DNA from: the human T2T-CHM13v2.0 reference genome, Homo sapiens
Assembly (NCBI RefSeq): GCF_009914755.1
Contig: NC_060943.1
Direction: 5' to 3' (one strand)
Length of the DNA stretch: 64,000 nucleotides
Part shown: positions 22,917 to 42,390 of the stretch, piece by piece
Position numbering within the stretch: position 1 is the first letter of the stretch
Layout: every line of letters begins with the position of its first letter
Translations under genes and position numbers: made by a program
The notes under the pieces: generated by a model
Databases searched by the model: none
Told to the model about the DNA's origin: nothing
What the model saw: only the letters and a program-made list of their open reading frames with translations

Positions 22917-23208
22917 GCACATGGTGGCTCACATCTGTAATCCTAACACTTTGCGAGGCTGAGATGGGAGAATCACTGAAGCTCAGGAGTTCAAGTGCAG
23001 CCTGGGCAACATAGTAAAATCCTGTCTCAATATAAAACAAATTTAAAAAGTTAACCAGGCATGATGATGCTCGGGTGTCTAGGGTAGGAGGATTGTTTAA
23101 GCCTGGAAGGTGGAGGTTGCATTGAGCCATGATTGATTACACCACTGCACTCCAGCCTGGGTGACAGAGTGAGACTCTGTCTCAAGCAAAACAAAACAAA
23201 AACAAAAA
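22917..23208 (+). mobile_element. AluJ
   Basis: Sense Alu, CTGGGCAACATAG. Confidence 0.85.
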
Positions 23209-23364
23209 AGGAATTGCAAAAGCATTTTGAAAGAACATAGAATAACTTGGAAAAAATAGCTGACATAGCTGATATTGAATAACTTGGAAAACATAACTTA
23301 TTTTAGATAATCAAAGCCCAACAACACATCACTTATTTTTTTATCATACAAAACATTTGAAAAC

Positions 23365-23764
23365 TTTTAAAAGAAAAAAACTTCAGAGAAATTAAGTTTA
23401 ACATAGTTTAATTGAGCAAAGAATAATTTGGAAATTAAGCAGCCTGTGGTCCCAAATAGCCTCAGAGAGACTCCAGCACAGCCACATGGAAAAAAAGATT
23501 TATGTACAGAAGAAGCAAAGTGACATTCAGAAAATAGAAGTGAGGTACAGAAACAGCCGGATTTATTACAGCTTGGGATTTGCCTTATTTGAATATGGTT
23601 TGACCAGTTGATGTTCTTTTATTAGCAAAAAGGTAGTGGTTGGTACAAGAATAAGTTACAATCTATTTACATATTCAGCTATGTTTTAGTTTACTATGTA
23701 CAGAAAATCCTATTAACCAAAATTAAACAAAAGGGGTCAGCTTTAGGCTTTAATTAATTTAACA
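23365..23764 (-). mobile_element. MER57-type ERV1 LTR (3' LTR)
   Basis: Minus strand starts TGTTAAATTAATTAAAGCCTAAAGCTG and contains TGTTTCTGTACCTCACTTC, preceded by a purine tract (CCAAAAGGGAGATAT). Confidence 0.8.
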
Positions 23765-24342
23765 ATATCTCCCTTTTGGTTATCTCCTCATTTTCAAGAA
23801 ATAAACCAAAACTTTAGACATTGATATTACTTTGTCACCATTACAAATGTACTTATTTAGTCTCAAATTCTGCTATAAAATAGCAGAACTGTGGGTTTTG
23901 TAAAGTGAAAACAAGTACTTCAGGTTATTACTTTTTAAAAGGATTACAGTAGGGAAGACCTCCTTGTTTGAAATCTGCTGTTTACCAAAGAAAAACAAGA
24001 CCTGGCCAGTTTTAGCATCTACCTAGTTCTTTAAATTTTCAGTTTGACTATGTCACATTTAGCATGAATGACTCCATTTTGGTTTGGTTTGGTCTGTTTG
24101 GGCCTAGTGAACAAGCTCAGTCCAGAATGATGGCCTCCAATAATTTTGTTTAAAAAATTTCCCCCTTTTGATTAAGTTTTCACATAGGTCAGAGTGTGAC
24201 CAAAACTCAGGGTCTTAGTGTCACTCTCAGTTTCCATTATTTTTGGTTTCCGTTCTTATCAGGTCATTCATGGGTTATGGTGTTCTCATGGTCAAATACA
24301 TTTTCTAGTTTTCATCATTCCAGTTAAAGAGAGACCACTTGA

Positions 24343-24804
<462 letters not shown>

Positions 24805-25305
24805 TAGTTAAATGGTCTACTCATTTCAACCAGTCTGTTCATTAATTTCCTACAACTGAATCTCTGTAATACTCGATGTATTTCTCCATGTGCAACTACA
24901 AATACTAGCAACTGCACAGATACTTCTCTGTTTATCCAGTAAGTAAACTAGATAAATTCTTTTATTTAACACAACTTTAGTAAAAAAAAAAAAAGTCTTC
25001 CAATGACTTTTTATAAAGGTCAACACATTTTTTCCACTCTAAGTGCATCTATCATCAGTTGCAATTACAAAAGTAATCTAGTGAATTTAGTTAGCTTTGC
25101 TCAGTACTATTGTATCCGTAATGCCTTATTTAACAGTTTTACAATTTTTCTAGTGAAATAAGTATCTTTGTAATTGGAGACCTTTTCAAAAAGCTTTCAT
25201 GAAGAAAAAAAAGTCTTAGTATCCTTTTAGCTACCGTTATAACATCAACCTTCTTGCATCAGAAAGCTTTTATACTACCAGAAAACATGCATTAAAAATG
25301 ACAAT

Positions 25306-25951
<646 letters not shown>

Positions 25952-26180
25952 TTACATAAACTTTTAATTATCTTCTGATAATTATAAGTTCGACAAAAAA
26001 AAAATCAGTCTTAAACTAGTATAGTAATTTAGAAGTCACTACACACACACACACACACATGCACATACACATTCAATTTATATTTATTATAGATTAATAC
26101 AGATTACTTATCTTTTCTGTGATGAGTAGTGAAATGCAGAGTTTTTAATAATGGAAACTTCAAGAACTCAGGAATAGGAA

Positions 26181-26472
<292 letters not shown>

Positions 26473-26762
26473 TTACTTTAATTAAAAAAAAAATAACTCA
26501 GGAAATATCAAGTGGCTGCCTATATTCTCCATGAGTCCACACTGAACATTAAGTTTATGTCTTCTTAAACACTAGGTTACTTTCCCCAATTTAGGTGCAC
26601 AGCACTGATACCTGAGAGGTTATCATAGGTCATTTGACTTGGACCACAGAGTTGATTTAAAAAGCATATCTAAAACATTTCCGTACTGGCTGATGTAACT
26701 GAAAATGTGGCAGAGTACTTTTGTAATAGTCAATTAATTTTTGTCTTGTCTGGGCTCGCAGG

Positions 26763-26990
26763 TTTTTTTGTTTGTTTGTGTTTGTTTTTGTTTTTTGTTT
26801 TGTTTTGTTTTGTTTTCTTTTTGAGATGGAGTTTCTGTCTTGTTGCCTGGGCTGGAAATGTTGTGATCTCGGCTCACTGCAACCTCCACCTCACGGGTTC
26901 AAGCGAGATTGCGCCACTGCACTCCAGCCTGGGTGACACAGCAAGACTCCATCTCAAAAAATAAAAACAAAAATTTAAAAATAAAAGAAA
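26763..26990. mobile_element. Fold-back Alu fusion (two opposite 3' ends)
   Basis: Antisense tail to ...GGTTCAAGCGA joined to sense GATTGCGCCACTGCAC... polyA. Confidence 0.85.
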
Positions 26991-27077
26991 TTAAAAGCTA
27001 ATTTTCACAAAACTTTATAAATAAATCCAACAAATATATCATTTTGACCACTCTAGATTTCCATACATAGTTTATAG

Positions 27078-27447
<370 letters not shown>

Positions 27448-27772
27448 TGAGACAACCTTTAAGTAATATCAAACTAGACAAAATATTTTTAACTTTCTTC
27501 ATTGAAAGCATATTTTTGCTTTTGCTTGCACAATCTCTATGCAAAATTGTTTTTCTTAGATCCAGTAGTTTTAATTATATATATTAATTACATGAACTCT
27601 TTAAAACCTAATTTTTAGTGAAATCTCTAGTAAGTAATCTTGAACTGTTTGATATCAGTATTTGTAGACAACCATTTTATATTTTTAATAGAAGATGTTT
27701 TTTCAAATTCTCTGTTAACTAGCAGATCTAAATATGTTTAGCTTTTCTCTATCATATAAAAATAAGATTCTT

Positions 27773-28053
27773 GTTGGGGGTAGTGGCTGACGCTTGTAAT
27801 CCCAGCATTTTGAAAGGCCAAGACACAAAGACTGCTTAAGCCCAGGAATTGGAGGCAAGCCTGGGCAACATGGCAAAACCCCATGTCTACAAAAAATACA
27901 AAATTAGCTCAGCATCGTTACCTGCACCTGTAGTACCAGCTACCCAGGAGGCTGAGGTAGGAGAATTGCCTGAGCCCAGGAGATCGAGAGTGCAATGAGC
28001 CGTGATGAAGTCACTTCACTCCATCCTGGATGACAGAGACCGTTTTTTAAAAA
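27773..28053 (+). mobile_element. AluJ
   Basis: Diverged sense Alu. Confidence 0.85.
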
Positions 28054-28104
28054 ATTAAATGCCAAAGCATATAAACTTAATCTTATGGGACTTCGGGGGT
28101 GGGG

Positions 28105-30820
<2,716 letters not shown>

Positions 30821-32345
30821 ACTTATACTTTGACTTGCTACATCTTTATTCTGTATGAATATTAACAGAATTATAGATAGATCTGGATATAGATATATGT
30901 AAGTACATAAACACACACATACAGGATTATATTAGTTTGTATATGTAAATATTTATGCATACAAAAGATGTTCATCAATAGACATTTCTAATTTTCCACC
31001 CTAACCTAAGGACATAGATGAAGACTTACTTTTCACCTATATGGCTTTATACCATCTCAGACTGGAACACAGCCATAAAGTGTTATATATAAACATGAAC
31101 AAACTTCATGTTTATGATCATGGCCTGTGAATAAATATTTTGGTAGTGGGATGTAAGGCTTTATGTCCAGCTTAGCATTTTAGGTCCTTACTTTTCTTCT
31201 CAGAGTATGCCTGTATTATTCACATCCATTATTTTGAGCCTGCCTTGATGTCTACACTTTTCCAGTTTAGCTAATCAGTTGATTATATTTACCTGAGCTG
31301 ACCTAATTGGATTTTTGCAATCACACAGGCTGAGCTAATTTGCTTATTTAATTTATCTGGGATGCAGGGGTAGAAATGAAGATGACCTTTGTCCTAAATG
31401 GGACATATGCAAAAATAACCTTTACCTATACATACATATGTGACTCATTCTTTGTGTACATGTTTATCTATCAACCTATCTTATATCCATATTTATATTT
31501 ACAGAAAAAAAGGCATTGAAGTAAACTTGGTAAAAGGTAATTTCTATTTTCTTTACTTCCAGGCTACATAAATCCAATCAGCCGATTAGCACAGTGAAGA
31601 TTTATAAAATCCAAGCCAAAACTTTGCCGCACTTTTTTCTTTCATAAATGTGAAAATGTCCTTCTTACCTGGCCCCCAGGTCTTTTTATTTCTGAATCTC
31701 AATAAATCAGCCTAGTGGGCTTCTGTTCAACCAGTTGAAAAAGCAGGAATGCCTGACATCAGTAAGACTATCCTTACTCAGGAAGAAGTTTTGAACTGGC
31801 CAATAAAAGCCACCATTGGCACTTTTGTGAATGTTCACTATGATCTGGTTGAAATGCAGCCTGCTACCATGTACAATCACATTTACTTTCAGTATGATTG
31901 CCTGTCTTCGAGAAAGAGTGCTAGACTTTCTTCCCATTACCATAAAGACACTACTTCAGTCACAAAGACGAAAATACCAGTTGTACTTTTACATTACATA
32001 CTCATAAAAATAAACTAGATCACATGTCTTAAAGAAAGCCCTGATGAGAAAAAAAATAAACATTTTACAATTTAGATGAGAACCTTAGGACTGGGGCTGG
32101 TTGATCTCCGGCCATATGTCCAACATGAAGGGATGGATTAAACTTGACATGGCAGTGAATGACTTCCATTGGTTAGTGCATGTTCATTTTCCAAAAGTGA
32201 GCAATAAAGACCAATGCTTCCTTCGTATATGTTAAATGCAGCAGGATGTATGTCAGTGCATACCTCTATAGTGTACCCTTGTAGATCTAGTTTACAGGGC
32301 AAATATATTTATACATGTATAGAAGTTACTTTTCTTGGGGGGAGG

Positions 32346-32608
32346 GGGATGGAGTCTCGCTCTGTTGCCCACACTGGAGTGCAGTGGTGCAATCTCAGTT
32401 CACCACAACCTCTGCCTCCTGGGTTCAAGCGATTCTCCTGCTGGGACTACAGGGATGCACCACTATGCCCAGCTAATTTTTGTATTTTTAGTAGAGACGG
32501 GGTTTCACCATATTGGTCAGGCTGGTCTCGAACTCCTGACCTCGTGATCCATCCACCTCAGCCTCCCAAAGTGCTGGGATTACAGGCATGAGCCACTGCA
32601 GCTGGCCA
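32346..32608 (-). mobile_element. Alu inside the tandem array
   Basis: Antisense Alu with a small internal deletion. Confidence 0.9.
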
Positions 32609-32989
32609 GGTAAACAGATTTTTAAAACTTACATACAGGACTATATGAGTATGTCTAGGTAAATATTTATGTATACAAAAAAGTTCCCCAATAGACCATT
32701 TTTAATCACTTGGCATATACAAATTATACAGACATATAATTACTTTCAATCTCTTTTGCTCAGTAGCATTTCAGAATGGAGCATAGCCATACAATATTGT
32801 TTTTATAAACATGAACAAAACCCTTCACCTTCAGTAGCACAGGCCTCAGAAATAAGCTGACAGCAAAGCCATGTTATTCATGCTGTTCAGGTTGGCACTT
32901 CAGGGCCCTGCATTTCTTCTCAATGTATGTATGTGCCCTTCACACCCACTAGTTTGGGCCTGCTTTGATAAACCTATAGTCACTATTTA

Positions 32990-33295
32990 GATAATTGTTT
33001 GATTGGATCTACCTAGGCTAAGAAAATTGGCTGATTGGAATCACCTTGGGCTAATCTAATTGGCTAATTAGATTCATCTTTACTGATAAAATTGGCTAAC
33101 TGGTATCACTTGGGCTCATTTAACTGGTGAATTGGAATCACCTTGGGCTAATCTAATTAGCTAATTGGATTCACCTTTACTGATATAATTGACTAATTGG
33201 TATCACTTGGGCTCATTTAATTGGCTGATTGGAATCACCTGGGCTGAGCTAACTGGCCTACTAGAATCACATGGGCTGAGTTCATTGACTGCGTC
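32990..33295. repeat. 32-bp minisatellite (consensus ATTGGCTGATTGGAATCACCTGGGCTGAGCTA), ~9 units
   Basis: Seen directly; includes a 97-bp three-unit duplication (starts 33036 and 33133). Confidence 0.9.
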
Positions 33296-33425
33296 TTGAG
33301 GAGAATGAGTAAGGTAATGACCTCTTACATACTTTTCTTTTGGGGCTTTTTTTCAAGACATACTCACAAATAGACATTAATTAGACTTATGTATATAAGC
33401 CTTAGTTTTTATATGTGTTTTCCTA

Positions 33426-33782
<357 letters not shown>

Positions 33783-34361
33783 AATGCTTACTTTATATAA
33801 GTTAAATGCCGATGGATTTAGGTAATAGTATACATCCATTTGGGTAGTATTCTAGGTATATTTCATAGTGCAGAAAATTTTATACATCTATGGAATTATC
33901 TTTATATATTAATATTGATATCAATAATGATCAACATTTTCACCTTCTACATCTTCACTTTTTATGAATATAGATACAAAGATGGATACATCTGGACATA
34001 GGTAGACAGATAAACATGCACGTACAGAATTATATAAGTACAATTATGTAAATGTTTATGAATATACAAGATGTTCCACAAATTATATTTTTAATACCTT
34101 AGTATATACTAAGAATGCAGATGTAGACTTACTAGTCTACTTTATGGCACAGTAGGAACCCCAAATGGAACATAGCCATATACAATGATGTTTATAGAAA
34201 CATAAACAATACTTCACTTTCAAAGGCAAGGTCTTTGAAATAAGCTGACAATACAGCAATGTAATGCTTTATGACCAGATTAGTATGTCTGGGCACTGCT
34301 TTTCTTCTCAGTGTAGAAAAGTGCTTTTTACATCCACCATTCTGACTTAATGAATCTACAG

Positions 34362-34900
34362 TCACTAGATTATTGGCTGATTTGATCCACCTGGGCAGAA
34401 CTAATTGCCTTATTGGAATCAACTAACATGAGCTAATTGGTTAATTAGATACTTCTGAACTGAGCTAATTGACTGATTGGAATCACAAGGTTCAACTAAC
34501 TGGCTGATTGGATTCTCTAGAACCTAGCTGATTTCCTGATTAAAATCACATGAGCTGAGCTTTCTGTTTAGAATCGCCGAGGCTGAGTTAATTGGCAAAT
34601 TAGATTCACCAGGGCTGATCTCATTGACTGATTGGAATTGTTAAGGCTGAACTAATTGGCTGTTTGAAATCACCTGGGCTGAGCTAATTTACTGATTGGA
34701 ATCACCTGGGTTGAGTCGATTGGCAAAATGTAATCACCTGGGCTGAGCAAATTTACTGATTGGAATTGCCTAGGCTGAGCTAATTGGGTAAATGGAATCA
34801 CTTGGGCTGAGCTATTTGGCTAATGGAATCACCTGGGCTCAGCTAATTGGCTATTTGAAAACACCTAGCTTGAGCTCATTGGCTTATTAAATTTGCCTGA
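34362..34900. repeat. 32-bp minisatellite, ~17 units
   Basis: Same consensus; shorter copies at ~31265-31360, ~35985-36037 and ~38068-38186. Confidence 0.9.
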
Positions 34901-34970
34901 TGAAATTGTATTCATCTATCTTGAGGAGCATGAGTAGGGACATAACCTCTGATTTATTTTTCATTTGTGA

Positions 34971-35187
<217 letters not shown>

Positions 35188-36839
35188 TGAAAACAAAAGC
35201 CCTAAATTTGAGGGAAGCTTTAAAAAGAATTATTTCTCATTTGCAAATTTGTGTTAAGGCCTTCAAGCTGAGGCTAGTTTATCCATGTTTTCACGTTCAC
35301 CAGAATTAAAAAGGCCATTTTTGACTTGGCAATAAATGACTCTCATGGCCTTAGTACATTTTTGCTAACAGATGTGAGCAACAAAAACCAATTCTTTCTT
35401 TGAAAGCATTAAATGCAGCAAGATGCAGGTCAGAGCATACCTCCACTTGTGTGCTCTTACGGATAAAATTCAAAGGGCAAATAAGATTTTGCATTTATTG
35501 AAGTTTTTCTTTACATTGCTATAAGTACAAACACCCATTTATCCTTTGACCTCTTATACCTTTATTCTGTATGCATATGGAAAAAGTGATAGTTAGATCT
35601 GTATGTAGATATACATGGGTAGACAGATAAACACACACATATAGAATTATATGAGTTTGCCTATGTAGATATTTACGTATACAAAACATATTAATCAATG
35701 AACATTTTAAATTCCCCAGCCTACACTGAGGATGCAGATATAAACTTACTCTCAACTATATGGATCCATAGCGTCTCAGACTGGAACACAGCCATACAAT
35801 GTTATGTTTAAACATCAATAAAGCTTCACGTTTAGGTGCATGGCCTGGGAAGTAAGTTTTTGGTAAAGCCATTTAAGACTTTAGTTCCAGCTTAGCATTT
35901 TCAGGGCCCTGCTTCCTTTCTCACTGTATGCTCATGTGATACATTTGCCATTTGGGTCCTGCCTGGATGTCTTCACTTTCCCAAGTTAGTTAATTGACTT
36001 ATATTCATCTAAGCGGCTCATTAAACTCATCTGGGCTGCAGAAGTTGGGAAGAAAAACGACCTCTGACCTACTTATTCTGTGGCTTCTCTACAGGACATA
36101 AGCAATAATAGAAATTACATTGGTATACCTATGTTACCCATTTTCCATGTATATGTTTATCTAGCTGCCTATCTTATATATATATCTATATGTATAAAAA
36201 AGACTGCCAAAGAAGAGTAGGTTAGAGGTGATTTTTACTTTATTGTCCATTCAGGCCGGGTAAATCCAATCAGCCATTAGCTCAGTGAAGTTTTATCAAA
36301 TCCAATCCACCACCAAATCACGTTGTGCTAAATGTGAAAATGTCCTCATTACTGGGCACCAAGATGTTTTAAATTCAGAGTCTAATCAAAATAGCCCATG
36401 TGGTTCTGTCCATCCAGCTAGGAATCTTCAGACATGCCAGTAGGCCTAATTTTTTTTCACAAGCTCTGGCCTGACCAATAAGAACAACCTTTGGTGCTTC
36501 AGTGCAGTGTCATTATCAAATGCAGCCAGGTAACATGTACCATTATATTTGCTTTCAGTATCATAATCTTCTAATAAGAAACCTAGGCTTTCCATTATGA
36601 TAAAGACCCTATTTTAGCCATAAAGACAAAAGGGCAAGAGTGTACTTTCACATTGCACACTCGTGGAAATAAATGAGAACCCCTGTCTTGATGAAAGTCT
36701 TAATGAGAAGAAATAAACATTCTCAAATTTTGGTGAGAAACTTTGGACTGAGTCTAGTTCAACTTTGGCCCCATGTGTAACAGAAACAGAAGGATCAACA
36801 TTGACATGGCAATGAACGACTTCCATTGCCTTAGTGCAA

Positions 36840-37687
<848 letters not shown>

Positions 37688-39152
37688 TAAGAAGACAAAC
37701 ACATAGAGAATTCTATAAATATTTCTATCTAAATATTTATGTATACAAAACACGTTCCCCAAAAGACATTTTTAATCTTCTAACATGCACTAAAGATGCT
37801 GATGTAGAATCATTTTTTTTCTCTTGCTAAATAACGTAAATAACATGCTAAATAGAACATAACCATACAATGTTGTTTATGTAAATATCAACAAAGCTTT
37901 ATCTTCAAGGGCAAAGCCGCAGAAATAAACTGAGAATAAAGCCATGTAACTCATCTGTCCAGGTTAGTATTCCAGCACCCTGCATGTCTCCTCAGAGTGT
38001 GTGTGTTCTGTTCACATCCACCATTTGGGGCCTGCCTTAATAAAGCCACAATCACTATTCAAATATTTGTATGATTGGTTTGCCCTGGGCTGAGCTACTT
38101 GGCTGGTTGGAATCACCTGGGCTATGCAAATTGGCTGATTGGAATCACCCAGGCTCTGCTAATTTGCTTATTTAAGTTACCTCAGCTTCAGGGGTAGAAT
38201 GTGGAGATGTCATCTGACCTACTTTATTTCTGAGGCTTTTTTTTGAGGGACCTATGCACAAATTAACATTACGTAGACATACCCATGTGACTCAATTTGT
38301 GTGTATATGTTTATCTAGCCACGTATTTTATATCTCTATGTACAGAAAGAAGCCTATAAAATAAACTTGTTCAGAGGTGATTTCCATTTTCTTTTCCTAC
38401 AGGTTAGGTAAATCCAATCAGCTACTTAGCTCAGTGAAGATTTATTCAAACCAAGCCACATGCCACATCACATTTTTTTCCATAAGGGTAAAAATGTTTT
38501 TAATAACCTGGCACCTGGGTGTTTTTAATTCTGGTCTCATTAAACAAGCGCAGTGAGTTTTTTCCATGTATCTAGGAACTGCCAGAAATGCTTGACACAA
38601 GTGGGCTGAGCCTTCCTCACAAAGATTTGATCTGGAATATAAGAGCCACCTGTGACACTTCAGTGAATGTTCACTATCACCCATTTGAAATGTAGCCAAG
38701 TACCATGTACCATTATATTTGCTTCCATCATCACCATCTGTCTACTAAAAAGATCTAGACTTCTTTTTTATTACCATAAATACCTGACTCCTGCCACAAA
38801 GACAAAAAGATAAGACTGTGATTTTACATCACACACTCTTGGAAAAAAATAGAGTTCTTGTCTTGATAGAAGTTCTAAAGAGCGGGTGAGAGATTAAATG
38901 ACTACCAGGAGCTAGATAATTGCTGTTTTACTAACAAATGTTCATTTTCATTTCTATATTATCTCATTATGTTAATAATGAAGTAATAACGTTTATCCAG
39001 GGAATTTCAAAAAAACTTATTTTTTCATCAGCCATAATAGTAATCAAAGACAGAGAAATGGAGGTGTTTAACTTTCATAATTTATATTTTAAAATTAAAA
39101 TGCTTCTAGAAATAAAAAAGGAAAGGAAGAAAGAAATATACAAACAAATGAA

Positions 39153-40240
<1,088 letters not shown>

Positions 40241-40966
40241 ATGAGAAAAAAAAAAAATCCCCCTACTGGGTTTTGGTTTGGTTAAGAGAGCTTCTTCATG
40301 ATCTTTCAGGGATTATATATGCTTTCATTTTCTGCATCCCTCTGTTCTCCAGTCAAAGGGTGAAAAAAGATACAGAGAAGACAATTTGCTTTTTACCCAC
40401 TTCATTTCCACTCACTATTAGTCAATGTGGGTATAGCTGAGAATAGCAGTTTTCTGGCAGGACAGCCACTTCTAAGCAATAAACAACACACTGAAAATAA
40501 AGTATAAATCTTTCATAAAAAGCTAATGAATTTTAAGAAAAACAAGCATATGCATCAGTAATTCTTGGGGTAAAATAAAGATTCATTTTGTTAATTTCTA
40601 TTGAGTTCCCAAAATATTTGATCAAAAGCTAGCAAATATACAAGAGAAATGGAATATTATTCTAAATAAGAATATTGTGAATGGTTATTTTGTCAATACA
40701 AGTAAAAATATGATCTCGCACTAATAGTCTCACTTAGAGTTGTACAACATCAAATGCTGTTTTTCATTTAAAATTGTATTTCATATAGGTATTCAATTTA
40801 TATCACCCTCCTTTGCTATTTCAATCCCTTCTCCACTTTATATCAGTGGAAAACAGGCCAGCAGGTCCCAGGAAAGCACATGTTGCTATTGCTGCTTTAA
40901 CAATGATCATGAAGAGCACTTGTTTGGGTGCGACTCACGTGTCAAACACTGTTATTTGGCTTAAAG

Positions 40967-41541
40967 TGAGGCAGAAGTTTAAAAATAATAGGTACTGCAT
41001 TTGTTCACCCCAAGAAAAGTAAAAGCTAAGGCCCACAATGTGGTAAGGCAAGAGTTAAAAAGAAAAGAACAAGTTTGCCTCTGCCTAGCAGCTCACTTCA
41101 AGGACAGTTAGAAGATAATACTGTCTGAATAGCCAAGGCCAAAGGAATGGGCTCCAGACATCCACCTCCCTTTCAGAGCAAGGTTGAAGGAAAAAACAAA
41201 GAGAAAGATAGGTTCTTTTACTATTACTCTTTTCCCAGGCTTCTTAAGCATGATTATGTTTTACAAATGTCTGTATTTAGCCAGTTCTTGTTTTTCTTCT
41301 AATGCAGCTACAAGGCCACCGGCTAGGTCACAAGTTATATTACGCTATAGATTACGTGACCTGTCACTGTATGATTAACTGCTATTCTTTTGCTTCTGGA
41401 ATGCTGCTTCTAAAAACCCCACTCTGTCTTTGTTCAATGCTCAGCTTTTGGATGTGAATCCTCTGAGCCGGTGCATAACTAAAATAAACAAGCCCTTCGG
41501 TACTCCGTATTGGTTTCTTCATTCCTCAATTTACCACAACA
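40967..41541 (+). mobile_element. 5' LTR
   Basis: TGAGGCAG...CACAACA; AATAAA at ~41483. Confidence 0.92.
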
Positions 41542-41545
41542 TTTT

Positions 41546-41563
41546 TGGTGACCACGAAGGGAC
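41546..41563 (+). promoter_or_regulatory. Primer-binding site, tRNA-Arg type
   Basis: TGGTGACCACGAAGGGAC, one CpG transition from TGGCGACCACGAAGGGAC (complement of a tRNA-Arg 3' end, from recall). Confidence 0.8.
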
Positions 41564-42390
41564 CAGAGAGGGCAGGCTTACTGTCTCCTTTGCCTCTGGG
41601 GACTGGAGCGTGAGCCTCGGGAAACCTGTGACCCCAGGTGCCACTGGGAGAACTTCAGCCCGGAGGGGAGATCAGCTGTCTTTTCACCCAGTGCCCCCTA
41701 CCCAGCAGTGCAATAGAACCTAAAGAGGAGCTACAGGACAATTTCAGAAACAGCGTGCTTCAGGAAGCACGGTAAGGTTTTGGGGGCCCAAGGCAGGACC
41801 TGTCCCTTGGACAGAAGGGGAGCCTGATCACCTCCTGGGGTATGCCAAATAATCGGACCCAGAGGGGCTCAGGGCAATGGGAGTGGCTCATCGATTCGGA
41901 TGAAACTCACAACCTGCTGACACAGGACATGAAAGTGGCTCACTAAGTTGCCTAGGAAACTGGAGGTGGTGACAGAGGCTCACCACCCCAACTGGGAACT
42001 AGAGGGGGCAAGAGTGGCTCGCCACACCAACTGTGAAACTAGAGGGGGCGGGAGTGGCTCACCACCCCAGTTATGAACATGGGAACTGAAAATGTGTGAA
42101 AGTATGTGAATGGAGGGGACTAATTAGGCTCATCAGCTGGGAAGTGGGGAGTCACAGATCTCTCAGCGTGGACTGTGTGCTCCAAGAAAGTGTGGGGTCG
42201 ACTAAGACTAGTGGCAATCTACATACAGCTAATAGAAACTGCCCTACAGCTCAGAGTTGTAGCGGGAATAAGGACTTCTCCAAAGCCAAGCAGCATCTGA
42301 AAACTCCTGTAGTAAGAGACAGTGTAGTCGGCTAAAATGAGAGGAAGAGTGAGTGTGCAAGAGTGAATGTGCTGCGTCGTAAAGGGAGGA

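Noticed and set aside
34362-34900. CRISPR-like appearance of 32-bp periodic repeats
   Set aside because: Units are head-to-tail with no unique spacers, there are no cas genes, and the context is primate.
40915-40952. Small hairpin (TGTTTG…CAAACA) before the provirus as an ncRNA
   Set aside because: Stem is too short and no box or promoter motifs support it.
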